A DNA stretch of 26,584 nt from an uncultured archaeon (GTDB lineage: Archaea; Iainarchaeota; Iainarchaeia; Iainarchaeales; CSSED10-239): contig CAZQEL010000002.1 in NCBI GenBank assembly GCA_964591795.1, positions 38,412-64,995 on the forward strand, given 5' to 3'. Shown one piece after another: positions 1-8,786 of the stretch (position 1 is its first letter; the number at the start of each line of letters is the position of its first letter). The notes under the pieces are model-generated. The model had not been told where the DNA came from, did no database searches, and saw nothing but the letters and a program-made list of their open reading frames with translations. A program made the translations under genes and the position numbers.

Positions 1-35
1 GTGTGACTGTGCATAAGCATATTAATGCAGATTAG
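1..35 (+). CDS. 3' end of an upstream ORF cut by the window edge; its tail is identical to the C-terminus of the M6 protease gene (likely paralogue)
   Basis: Bases 3-35 read VTVHKHINAD-TAG. This is identical in sequence and frame to the last codons of the 144..2549 gene (offset 2514 bp). Confidence 0.4.
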   Translation, partial: VTVHKHINAD

Positions 36-55
36 TTCAAATTAAAAAGGTTTTA
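1..55. repeat. Copy A of an exact 55-bp direct repeat; may extend upstream of the window
   Basis: gtgtgactgtgcataagcatattaatgcagattagttcaaattaaaaaggtttta matches 2515..2569 exactly. The first mismatch is at 56 versus 2570. Confidence 0.9.
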
Positions 56-143
56 TATAAAAGTTATTTTTTAACTTTTATTTCTATTTATTTTAATTAG
101 TTAAGTAGTTAACTTTTTAAATGTTAAAGTATAATAAATATAT

Positions 144-2549
144 ATGATATATAAAAAACTATTCTTAGTTTTAATTATTATTGTAGGACTTTTGTTTTCT
201 TTATTTGTTTATTCGCAAGCATCTTTAAAAACAAATATTATTTCTATATCTCCAATATATGACAAACCCAAAATTCCTATTTTTAAAACTCCTCCTGTAC
301 TTGAAAATTATTGTTCAGGATCTATTTGTCTTCCTCCTGGTGAAACACCAGTTTCTTTAAATTTTAATAGATTATCAAAATTAAGTGCACGAGAATTTGA
401 AACAACCACTATTGAGAATAAAATTGGTACTGCTTCAGTTGTTGGTACTTATGATATTCCAGTTCTTATGGTTGAATTTCCAGATTTACAAGAACCTTCA
501 AATTATACTCAATCAATTTATGATGATGTTTTTAATTCTAGTAATTATTTATCTGGAGAAGGTATAAGTGTAAAGGAATTTTATAAACACAATTCTTATG
601 ATCAACTAGCAGTTTCTTATGATGTTTATGATTGGAGGATGATGCCTCAAAATTATGCTTATTATGTTGCAAATACACATCAACTTGTAGTTGATGCATT
701 AAATATTTTTGGTACTGGTTCAAATCCTATTGATTTTACTCAATATGATTATAATAATGATGGTACATTAGATGGTGTAATTATTCTTCATGCTGGTTAT
801 CAGGCTCAAGAACAACCTGGTCATATTATTTCTCAAGCAAGAATTTATAAAGATTCAACTACTTGGACAATTCAAGGTCTTTATTATGGTGATGCTGCAA
901 TAATTCCTGCAAAGCATGTTAATACTGGTCTTTGTAATAATTGGATTGCAAACTTTAATTATCCTACAGATTGTAGGACTTCACCACAAATTGCAATTCA
1001 TGAATTTGGTCATGTTTTAGGTATTCCTGATCTTTATGCAATAAGTTATGATGGTATTCAGTCGGGCTTTGGTCTTGGTGGTCATACTGTAATGGTTTTA
1101 AATGGAGATACAATTCAAGATGTAAAAAAACCAGTTAATTTTGATTCTTGGTCAAAATATTTTTTTGGTTGGTTAACTCCAACTGTAATAAACGATACTT
1201 CTCAAGCTGACATTTATAGTTTGTCTGCTTATGATACTAGTAATGATGCTTATATTTTAAGAAATCCTTCTACTATGGGTTCTCGTGAATTTTATATAAT
1301 TGTGAATAGATATATTTCAGATACTTCTTTAGATTTATATTTGTTTGGGGTAGTTCCTCCTGTTTTTAATATACATGGTGGTCTTGATATTTTACATGTT
1401 GATGAACAATATATTGATGAAACTTATGCAGGTCCTACTGCTTTTAATAGTATAATGTATGATATTGATGGGGATTATTATGATGATAATATTTCACATC
1501 CAGGTATTGTTTTTGAACAAAATAGATTGGATCAAGCATTAACAAGACATTATTCTGATGATTATACAAATGAAGATTATATTTTTAATCCAAATTGTAA
1601 TCCAATAATTAATGTTGGTAAATTTGATGACATTTCAAGAATTGATCCAAATCCAGATTGTGGTGTAACTAGAGATACAACTTCAAGTAGTTATCAGACT
1701 TTACAAAATAGTGGAATTAAAGTTTATGGTTGGTCTCCAAGTGGTTCTACAGTTGAAGGTTATTTTACAGTTGATACTCCTTTGGATTTAGTTGCAACAA
1801 TCACATCTCCTGATGAGGGTGATTCTTATGGTTTAGATGATTCTATTGATTTTGAATCAGATATTCAAAATCCAATTGGTGATTCTAGTTGTACTTGGGA
1901 ACATAAACTATCAGGTAATTCAACTTACACAACTTTTTCATCAAGTTGTGATTTTTCAGAAACACCTTTAAGTATTGGTTTAACTGAAGGCACATATACA
2001 ATTCAACTTACAGTTGAAGATGAATTAGATAGAACTTCAATTGATTCTGTTGAAATAGATATTGTTATTTCAACTACTTTATATAATCAAATATTAAGTC
2101 CTGTTGAAAATCAAAGTTATCCATATAAAGAATTAGTTGATTTTAATGCAGTTTATTTTAATAATCAAGGAGATGTTTCTTGTGAATGGAAATCTGATGG
2201 ACAAGTTATTTCTAATGAATGTAATTTTTCAGAAAATCCATATAATTTAGGTCTTACTTCAAAAGCATTAAATATAATTACTGAAAATATATCTCCATTT
2301 TTTGTAAATAATAATTCACCAATTATAAGTTCTTTATTTACAAAAAACCCAATTAATAATTTAGTTAAAAATTCAGTTATTGATTCTCCATTCCTATCTT
2401 TAAATTTATCAAATCGTATTCAAATTGCACAATATCATCATAAAACTATAACTTTAACAACAATTGATGATGTTACAAGTTATACAACAAGTATGGTTAT
2501 GAAAGTATGTATGTGTGTGACTGTGCATAAGCATATTAATGCAGATTAG
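144..2549 (+). CDS. Secreted M6-family (InhA-like) zinc metalloprotease with two C-terminal Ig/PKD-like repeats
   Basis: N-terminal hydrophobic signal-like segment (MIYKKLFLVLIIIVGLLFSLFVYSQAS). HEFGHVLGIPDLY zinc motif (HExxH at nt 999-1013). M6-like blocks VLMVEFPD and YDYNNDGTLDGVIILHAGY. Two related about 90-aa Cys-containing modules (SPDEGDSY...CTWEH... and SPVENQSY...CEWKS...). Confidence 0.85.
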   Translation: MIYKKLFLVLIIIVGLLFSLFVYSQASLKTNIISISPIYDKPKIPIFKTPPVLENYCSGSICLPPGETPVSLNFNRLSKLSAREFETTTIENKIGTASVVGTYDIPVLMVEFPDLQEPSNYTQSIYDDVFNSSNYLSGEGISVKEFYKHNSYDQLAVSYDVYDWRMMPQNYAYYVANTHQLVVDALNIFGTGSNPIDFTQYDYNNDGTLDGVIILHAGYQAQEQPGHIISQARIYKDSTTWTIQGLYYGDAAIIPAKHVNTGLCNNWIANFNYPTDCRTSPQIAIHEFGHVLGIPDLYAISYDGIQSGFGLGGHTVMVLNGDTIQDVKKPVNFDSWSKYFFGWLTPTVINDTSQADIYSLSAYDTSNDAYILRNPSTMGSREFYIIVNRYISDTSLDLYLFGVVPPVFNIHGGLDILHVDEQYIDETYAGPTAFNSIMYDIDGDYYDDNISHPGIVFEQNRLDQALTRHYSDDYTNEDYIFNPNCNPIINVGKFDDISRIDPNPDCGVTRDTTSSSYQTLQNSGIKVYGWSPSGSTVEGYFTVDTPLDLVATITSPDEGDSYGLDDSIDFESDIQNPIGDSSCTWEHKLSGNSTYTTFSSSCDFSETPLSIGLTEGTYTIQLTVEDELDRTSIDSVEIDIVISTTLYNQILSPVENQSYPYKELVDFNAVYFNNQGDVSCEWKSDGQVISNECNFSENPYNLGLTSKALNIITENISPFFVNNNSPIISSLFTKNPINNLVKNSVIDSPFLSLNLSNRIQIAQYHHKTITLTTIDDVTSYTTSMVMKVCMCVTVHKHINAD

Positions 2550-2569
2550 TTCAAATTAAAAAGGTTTTA
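2515..2569. repeat. Copy B of the exact 55-bp direct repeat
   Basis: Identical to 1..55. It covers the last 11 codons, the TAG stop and 20 nt of 3' flank of the protease gene. Confidence 0.9.
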
Positions 2570-2670
2570 AAAAGCCTTTTAATCTTTTTATATTTATTAT
2601 TTTAATAGTATTATTTATGATTTTATACAAAACGTTTATTTCTGCAAATATGGAATTATTTTGATTAAAT

Positions 2671-3627
2671 ATGGTTAATAAAAAAATAATTATTAAGAAA
2701 AAAGTTTCTGTTAAAAAAAAACTAGTAATTAAGAAAAAAGTTATTACTAAGCCAGTTGTTAAAAAACCGGTTTCTACAAAAACTTTTTCTCAAGAGTTTA
2801 TTTTTTATTTAATTATTATTTTTTTAGTTGTCCAAGTAATCGGGCTTGTTACAGCGTCATACTATGCGTCTTTACAGGATTTAAGAATTACTCTTATAAC
2901 TGATAATCCAAATGATATAATAAATGCAGTTTATTTAATTTTTCAAATTTTATTTGTAACCGGAATTATTTTATTGATTAGAAGATTTTCAAAAAAGACA
3001 GGGTATTTGAGAATTTTTGAATATCTTGCGATTTTTGTAGGTGCTACAGTTGTTTTTGAAGTTTTTGTACCATCAGTAATTTCAATGTATCTTGCTGTTG
3101 TTTTGTTATTTATTAAATATCTTCTTGAAAAATACAAACCTAAATTTAATAATTTAATTATTTGGTATAATAATTTTTTATTAGCAATTGCAATTGCAGG
3201 TGCAGGTTCAATAATTGGTTTATCTTTAGGTTTAATTCCAGTAATTGTTTTTTTAATACTTTTATCCATTTATGATATTATTGCAGTTTTTTATACAAAG
3301 CATATGATTACTCTTGCAAAAACTTTTTCAAAATCAAAAATGGCTTTAATATTTTATATTCCTACAAAAGAAAAGACCTATCAATTAGGTGGTGGAGATT
3401 TAGTTATTCCTTTAGTTATTAGTTCTTCTTTTTATTTTTTTTTAATTAATCTTAATTATTCTTTCTTAAAAGCAATTGTTCCAATCTTATTAATTTGGGC
3501 ATCTTCTCTTCTTGGTTTGTTTTTAACATTTTATATTTTAAAGAAATTTAATTTAAAAGCAATGCCTGCTCTTCCCTTACAGGCTCTGTTTATGATTATT
3601 GTGATTGTTTTAACTGTAATGTTATAG
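2671..3627 (+). CDS. Presenilin/signal-peptide-peptidase-like intramembrane aspartyl protease (A22 family homologue) with a polybasic N-terminus
   Basis: Multi-pass hydrophobic protein with the family motifs in canonical order: YD (aa 201-202, nt 3271-3276), LGGGD = GxGD (D243, nt 3397-3399), PAL (aa 299-301). The N-terminal 35 aa are Lys-rich (KKKV-type repeats). Confidence 0.8.
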   Translation: MVNKKIIIKKKVSVKKKLVIKKKVITKPVVKKPVSTKTFSQEFIFYLIIIFLVVQVIGLVTASYYASLQDLRITLITDNPNDIINAVYLIFQILFVTGIILLIRRFSKKTGYLRIFEYLAIFVGATVVFEVFVPSVISMYLAVVLLFIKYLLEKYKPKFNNLIIWYNNFLLAIAIAGAGSIIGLSLGLIPVIVFLILLSIYDIIAVFYTKHMITLAKTFSKSKMALIFYIPTKEKTYQLGGGDLVIPLVISSSFYFFLINLNYSFLKAIVPILLIWASSLLGLFLTFYILKKFNLKAMPALPLQALFMIIVIVLTVML

Positions 3628-3698
3628 GTCTTTAACATTTATTTAAACTACAGACTTTTTGTTAATATTTATAAATACTTCTAACCATATAATATATT

Positions 3699-4136
3699 AT
3701 GGTTAAAGAAAAAACTAATAGTGAAAATCCTTTAGAATATAGAGCATTACTTGATAGAATATATATGGCTCTTCCTGCAAAGACATTAGAGAGTACAAGA
3801 TTTGATTTACCTACTGTTGAATCAATAATTCAAGGTAAGCAAACTATTTGGAAGAATTTTTCAAAAGTTGCAAAAGATCTAAAAAGAGATGAAAAACAAA
3901 TATATAAGTTTGTTATGAAAGAAATTTCAACTGCTTCAACTATTCAAAATGGAACTTTAGTTTTAAATGGTATTTTTAATAATTTCAAATTAAATCAAAT
4001 TTTAACAAAATACATTAAATTTTTTGTACTTTGTGTTGAATGTAAAAAACCAGATACAGAAATTATAAGTCAAAGTAATGTAAAAGTATTAAAGTGTGCT
4101 GCTTGTGGTGCAATTTCACCATTACCTAAGTTGTGA
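3699..4136 (+). CDS. eif2b: Translation initiation factor aIF2 beta subunit
   Basis: About 145 aa with a C-terminal zinc ribbon (CVECKKPDT...LKCAACGA). Also has conserved blocks (RFDLPTVES..QGKQT..NF, FVMKEISTAST). Confidence 0.9.
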   Translation: MVKEKTNSENPLEYRALLDRIYMALPAKTLESTRFDLPTVESIIQGKQTIWKNFSKVAKDLKRDEKQIYKFVMKEISTASTIQNGTLVLNGIFNNFKLNQILTKYIKFFVLCVECKKPDTEIISQSNVKVLKCAACGAISPLPKL

Positions 4137-4164
4137 TTTGTGTGAAATTAAATAGGGTAGATAT

Positions 4165-4455
4165 ATGATTGGTAAAATGAATGTAAGTTCAGGTAATAAA
4201 ATATTTGCTTCTTGTGATAGGGATCTTTTAAATACAAAAATAATTACTGATGATTTTGAAATCTATTTTTCTAAGTCTTTTTATGGAGATAGAGAAGTAA
4301 ATTTAAAAGAGATAATAAATCATATTAACAATTGTAATTCAGCTAATATTTTTGGAAATAAAATATGTAATTTACTTTTAGAAAATAAAATTATTTTAAA
4401 AGAATCAATCATTTATATTGAAAAAATACCTCATGTTCAAATTTATAAATTTTAA
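4165..4455 (+). CDS. DUF424-family small archaeal protein
   Basis: 96 aa. The pattern ASCDRDLL...FYGDREV...SANIFGNK...IPHVQIYKF matches what I recall for DUF424. It sits in the usual position next to aIF2-beta. Confidence 0.7.
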   Translation: MIGKMNVSSGNKIFASCDRDLLNTKIITDDFEIYFSKSFYGDREVNLKEIINHINNCNSANIFGNKICNLLLENKIILKESIIYIEKIPHVQIYKF

Positions 4456-4459
4456 GGAG
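4454..4459 (+). promoter_or_regulatory. Shine-Dalgarno-like AAGGAG upstream of the aIF1A TTG start
   Basis: AAGGAG lies 11 nt before the TTG at 4471. Similar AAGGTG motifs precede the ORFs at 6145, 19402 and 24711. Confidence 0.5.
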
Positions 4460-4470
4460 TTGAGAATAAC

Positions 4471-4815
4471 TTGGTAATAAAAAAACCCATTGATCAATCA
4501 AATATTCGTTTAAGAGTTCCAAATCAAAAAGATTTGGAAATGTATGGTGTTGTAACTCAGTTAATGGGTGTTAACAACATTTCTGTAATGTGTGAAGATG
4601 GAAAACAAAGAATTTGTAGAATTCCTGGTAAGATGTTTAAACATATTTGGATCAAACAAGGAGATCTTATTATTGTAAAGCTATGGGATTTTCAACCTGT
4701 AAAAGGTGATGTTGTTTGGAGATACCTTGGTTTTCAAGTTAATGCTTTAGAGAAACGTGGTCTTTTAACTGAAATGTATAAGTTCGCTCAAAGCAGCTCT
4801 AATAGAAAAAGATAA
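4471..4815 (+). CDS. eif1a: Translation initiation factor aIF1A (S1/OB fold), TTG start
   Basis: RLRVPNQKDLEMYGVVTQLMG...CEDGKQRICRIPGKMFKHIWIKQGDLIIVKLWDFQ..KGDVVWRY is the aIF1A/eIF1A signature. An in-frame TAA lies five codons upstream and the conserved N-terminal residues precede the first ATG. Confidence 0.9.
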   Translation: MVIKKPIDQSNIRLRVPNQKDLEMYGVVTQLMGVNNISVMCEDGKQRICRIPGKMFKHIWIKQGDLIIVKLWDFQPVKGDVVWRYLGFQVNALEKRGLLTEMYKFAQSSSNRKR

Positions 4816-4834
4816 TTAAAAAATAGTTTTATCT

Positions 4835-5572
4835 ATGATTGAAAAAGGAAGAGTTGAAGGTTATGTTTTTGATAATAGAACACATGAAGCTATTTTTAAA
4901 CTTTCAAAAAATAATATTATAGATACAATTAATTCACCCATAGCAAGTGGAAAAGAAGCAATTACTTTTTTAGGTTATTTAAAAGACACACCTTTGGCTT
5001 TAAAGATATATAAAATTGAAACATCTAATTTTAAAAATATGAGTCAATATATTAAAGGTGACCATAGATTTAAAAAAATATCAAATGATAAACGTGAGTT
5101 ATTTTTATTATGGGCTTCAAAGGAATATAAAAATTTATCTTTGTCATTAAAGTATGGTGTTAAAGTTCCTGTTGTTTTAGCAAAGGAAAAAAATATTATT
5201 GTTATGTCTTTTGTAGGTGATTCCAATGGTATACCCTATCCTAAACTATCTGAAGTTGATTTTGATTTTGATATGGTGTATCCACAAATAATTGATAACT
5301 ATGCTAAAATTCTTTATGGTGCTAAACTTGTTCATGCTGATTTTTCTGCATATAATATTTTAATAAATCCAGAGAATCAAGAAATAACAATTATTGATAT
5401 GGGTCAATCTGTACTTTATAGTCATCCTATGTCTAAGGATTTTTTAAAAAGAGATATTGTTTCAATAACTAATTTTTTAAATAAAAAATTTCATCATAAA
5501 AATTTAAGTTTTGATAATGTTTTAGATGATATTAAAAAAAGAAAAGAAGAGATTTATGGAAGAGATAATTAG
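4835..5572 (+). CDS. rio1: RIO-type serine/threonine protein kinase (Rio1-like, no N-terminal wHTH)
   Basis: Has SGKEA(ITF), LVHADFSAYNILI and IIDMGQSV catalytic/metal-binding blocks. It is in the conserved aIF1A-RIO-KH gene order. Confidence 0.85.
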   Translation: MIEKGRVEGYVFDNRTHEAIFKLSKNNIIDTINSPIASGKEAITFLGYLKDTPLALKIYKIETSNFKNMSQYIKGDHRFKKISNDKRELFLLWASKEYKNLSLSLKYGVKVPVVLAKEKNIIVMSFVGDSNGIPYPKLSEVDFDFDMVYPQIIDNYAKILYGAKLVHADFSAYNILINPENQEITIIDMGQSVLYSHPMSKDFLKRDIVSITNFLNKKFHHKNLSFDNVLDDIKKRKEEIYGRDN

Positions 5573-6128
5573 GGTTAGTGAAAATAGAATACCTGTAGTT
5601 ATTGGACCTAACGGTTCAACTAAAAGAGAAATACAACGAAGAACAAAAACAAAACTTAATATTGATTCTTCTCTTTGTGAGGTAACTATCTCTGCTGATC
5701 AATCATATTTTGAAGTACATGTTGCAAAAAATATTGTAGCAGCAATAGGACGTGGGTTTTCTCCTGAAAACGCATTTAAACTTTTAAAAGACGATTTTGT
5801 AATTGAAATTATTTCAATTGATGATTTTGTAAAACATACAAAACAAAGACATCTTCAAATAAAGGGAAGAGTTATTGGTCGTGAAGGCAGAATAAAACAA
5901 ATTATTGAAAAAAGATTTAACTGTGTTCTTTCAATTTATGGTAAGACTGTTTCTATAATTGGTGATGAAGCAAACATTAAAGATGCAAAAAATGTTGTTG
6001 AAAAAATTCTTGCTGGTGCTAAACATTCAACAGTAATTAAATCAATTAAAAGATCTGGTATTTTAGAAGATTACAATGAAGTGCATGTTGAATCTAAAAT
6101 TGATGATATTGATTTTGATGAAATTTAA
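5556..6128 (+). CDS. KH-domain RNA-binding protein (archaeal Dim2/Pno1-like)
   Basis: Two KH-like modules (IPVVIGPNGSTKREIQ; IKGRVIGREGRIKQIIE). I chose the ATG at 5556 (MEEIIRV...), which overlaps the RIO stop. An alternative in-frame ATG at 5526 would add 10 aa. Confidence 0.8.
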   Translation: MEEIIRVSENRIPVVIGPNGSTKREIQRRTKTKLNIDSSLCEVTISADQSYFEVHVAKNIVAAIGRGFSPENAFKLLKDDFVIEIISIDDFVKHTKQRHLQIKGRVIGREGRIKQIIEKRFNCVLSIYGKTVSIIGDEANIKDAKNVVEKILAGAKHSTVIKSIKRSGILEDYNEVHVESKIDDIDFDEI

Positions 6129-6144
6129 CAACAAGGTGTAAAAA

Positions 6145-6399
6145 ATGAATAGGATTAAATTAAATTATTGGATAGATGTAGGATTGGCATTATCCTTTTT
6201 AATTTGTTTTATTACTGGCTTAATTAAATGGCCTAACCTAGTTAAAATAATTGGAGTTTCTGCTTATAATATATCATCTAAGGGTAATATTTCAATTTTA
6301 CATGATGTTAGTGGACTTATTATGGGTATACTTGTAATGATTCATTTAGTTTTGCATTGGAAATGGATAGTTTCTGTAACTAAAAGTATGTTTCACTAA
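6145..6399 (+). CDS. Small two-TM membrane protein, DUF4405-like
   Basis: AAGGTG at 6133-6138 precedes the ATG. Two hydrophobic helices are present, and His residues (LHD...IHLVLHWKW) resemble DUF4405. The family call is tentative. Confidence 0.6.
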   Translation: MNRIKLNYWIDVGLALSFLICFITGLIKWPNLVKIIGVSAYNISSKGNISILHDVSGLIMGILVMIHLVLHWKWIVSVTKSMFH

Positions 6400-6428
6400 A
6401 AAATAGATTAAATTGATTTTTGCATAAT

Positions 6429-8543
6429 TTATCTTTCTTTGTCTTTAAGTTCTAATTTTAAGATATCAAGATATCCTGTAATTTCGTTTTCCATTATTGG
6501 GTTTGATCTTACTATTTTAATTTTTTTAGTAAACATTGGCGCGTCTAAAACAATTGTTTCATATTCTCCGCCTTCACCAGCAACATTGATTCCTTTTTTT
6601 TTGTTTATGATGTTTAAATCATACATTACTTCTTTGGATAAATGTTTACCAACCCAACTTTCATCAAGTCCTAGTCCTGCTACTTTCACAATTACTGCAT
6701 CGAAGTTGTTGTTTAAAACTTCGTCTACCACTTTTTCTTGTGTTTTATTCCAAAGTGGAGCGAACATTTTAAGTTCAAGTTCAGTACAGATTTCTTGAAT
6801 TCTATCTCTTTGGTAGTTGCTTTTTATTGCACCTGTAATTATTCCTTGTAATGAATATTTAAGTTTTGATTTTAATAAAAGTTTTTTAAGATCCATTAGT
6901 TCTTTTTCTTTTATTCCTTTTGTTCTTTGTAGTACAAAAGGTATTTCTAATGACTCTGATTGTAAATATAAAATTTTATCATCAATTTTTTGAAACATAT
7001 ATGAATCCGGTGATTCTGTAATCATGGTCATAAGACAGGATATTTTATAGTTTTGTTTATGCATTATATGTAATGCGAGATTTGAATCTTTTCCACCAGA
7101 ATAAAGGCATCCTAAATTAAGATTTGTATCTTTTGATAATTTTTCTAAATAATCTGATTTGTTTTTGAATTTTTCTTCTTTTGAGATTTTTTCAATAATT
7201 TTATCAAAACCACTTCCATATTGTGCAGCAGTTTTCTTTCTATCAAAATCTTCTTTTAAAAGATTTATTTTTTCTCCAATTTGTCTTAAAATTATTTTAT
7301 TTTTACCATCTTTAATTTTGTCTAATTTATCAAGTTTAAATGATTCTTCAATTAGTTCTTTATCAAGATATGGAAGTCTAAGTTCTATGTTGTTATTCAT
7401 GCATACAACATCGTCTCTATAAAGATCATTTTCATGCATTTGGTATAATAGGTTGATTGTGTCTTTTAAAAGATTATTTGATTCTTTAAACTTATGATAT
7501 CCTGCAAAAAGCTCATCTGCCCCTAATCCTGAGAAAATAACCTTACATCCGTCTTTTCTAGCTTTCTTTGATGCGAAATATATGGGTAGTGCTACCCCTA
7601 TTTTGATAGGGTTAGATGATTCAATTAAATCTATAAGGTGGTTAATAGCCTTTTTTGTATCTATCTTATTAACTTCTATCTTCTTTATTTCAAAATGATA
7701 GGTCTTTTCTGTGTTTTCAACAGGGATTAGATCTTTTGGGTTTGTAATTTCCTTTGAATATGCAAAATATCCTGTAAATGGTATTTTGTTGTCTTTAAGT
7801 ATTTTTGCAATAATTAGAGAATCAATTCCAGCGCTATATAAAAGTCCAAGCTTAATTCCTTTTGGTACTCTTTTTAGAATTGAACTTTCTAATTTTTTGT
7901 AAATTTCATCAACAGATGTTTTTGTTTTTTTAATTTTATAAAAAGGTATATTTTTTAAAGTTAGTTTCTTTTTAGCAATATTATAGAAAAGTTCTTTACG
8001 AGGATCTAAAGAATTAATTTTTTCAAAACCCATTTCTTTTAGTGCTTTCTTTTCAGATGCAAATGCAAAGCTTTCTTTGTCAAATGTATACCATAATGGT
8101 TTAATTCCTAAAAGATCACGTCTTAGATAAAGTATATTTTTTTTAAGATAGCAAAAAGCATATGGACCTTGGAATTCATCAATTATTTTTAATCCTTTTT
8201 TTTCAAGTCCTTTCAAAATTAAATCAGCATCATTTTTTACTGATAGATTATATTTTTCAGAAATTTCTTTGTAATTATAGATTTCACAGTTAGTTATTAA
8301 TACTGAATTGTTATATTTAATTGGTTGTGGTGCGTTTTCTACTATTGAAAAAAGATTATGTGCAAGAACAATTCCATCTTCAATCTTTTCTTTTCTAAAG
8401 TCATCTATTCTTTTTGAAAATTTAATATTTCCATTAATATAAATACCGTTGTTATCAAGTCCACGTTTTTCTAAAATCTTAAGTCCTTTAATTATTTCTT
8501 TTTTACTATTAAACACATTTATAAGTCCAAGTATTGAGCACAT
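6429..8543 (-). CDS. Three-domain fusion: class-II glutamine amidotransferase + asparagine-synthetase-like PP-loop domain + Dph6-type diphthine-ammonia ligase (MJ0570-like) domain
   Basis: The start is set at MCSILG (Cys2 nucleophile of Ntn amidotransferases, ATG at 8543). AsnB blocks: NCEIYNY, RDLLGIKPLWY, FASEKKAL, LLYSAGIDS, FSGLGADELFAGY, IELRLPYLD, AAQYGSG. The C-terminal 230 aa carry CLYSGGKDS, ESPDSYMFQ, GIITGAI.SNYQRDRI, FAPLW, GLDESWVG and GINVAGEGGEYET, typical of diphthamide synthetase. No stop or frameshift separates the parts. Confidence 0.85.
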   Translation of the reverse strand: MCSILGLINVFNSKKEIIKGLKILEKRGLDNNGIYINGNIKFSKRIDDFRKEKIEDGIVLAHNLFSIVENAPQPIKYNNSVLITNCEIYNYKEISEKYNLSVKNDADLILKGLEKKGLKIIDEFQGPYAFCYLKKNILYLRRDLLGIKPLWYTFDKESFAFASEKKALKEMGFEKINSLDPRKELFYNIAKKKLTLKNIPFYKIKKTKTSVDEIYKKLESSILKRVPKGIKLGLLYSAGIDSLIIAKILKDNKIPFTGYFAYSKEITNPKDLIPVENTEKTYHFEIKKIEVNKIDTKKAINHLIDLIESSNPIKIGVALPIYFASKKARKDGCKVIFSGLGADELFAGYHKFKESNNLLKDTINLLYQMHENDLYRDDVVCMNNNIELRLPYLDKELIEESFKLDKLDKIKDGKNKIILRQIGEKINLLKEDFDRKKTAAQYGSGFDKIIEKISKEEKFKNKSDYLEKLSKDTNLNLGCLYSGGKDSNLALHIMHKQNYKISCLMTMITESPDSYMFQKIDDKILYLQSESLEIPFVLQRTKGIKEKELMDLKKLLLKSKLKYSLQGIITGAIKSNYQRDRIQEICTELELKMFAPLWNKTQEKVVDEVLNNNFDAVIVKVAGLGLDESWVGKHLSKEVMYDLNIINKKKGINVAGEGGEYETIVLDAPMFTKKIKIVRSNPIMENEITGYLDILKLELKDKER

Positions 8544-8786
8544 TTTTTTATTTTTCCCTTTTATTTTAAGTAATATATATTTATGGTTAAAACATCCTTT
8601 AAATGCTTTTATTTTTTTTAAAAGAATTAATATTGTATAATTTATTTTACTTAACAAACATGTTTAATTAGATTTGTTATGTTTACTTAATAATTACAAA
8701 TAAAAAGAAGATGCATATTATTAATAATTAGTAAATATAAGATAACCTTTTTAAATGTTTTCTGTCAATATTATTATAGTGGTTCC

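Noticed and set aside
1-55. The 55-bp repeats as terminal repeats of an insertion sequence or transposon.
   Set aside because: The copies are direct, not inverted. The enclosed DNA encodes only a secreted protease, and no transposase or integrase is present.
2552-2590. Imperfect hairpin aaaaggtttt/aaaagcctttt followed by T-runs as a terminator for the protease gene.
   Set aside because: The stem is short and A/T-dominated. Archaeal termination mainly uses oligo-T tracts, which are ubiquitous here. Only the left arm is shared with the repeat copy at 1-55. This is too weak to call.
8544-8657. 38-codon N-terminal extension of the AsnB-Dph6 ORF (track start at 8657).
   Set aside because: Class-II (Ntn) amidotransferases need Cys directly after the initiator Met. 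MCSILG at 8543 satisfies this, whereas the extension is K/I-rich promoter-like sequence.
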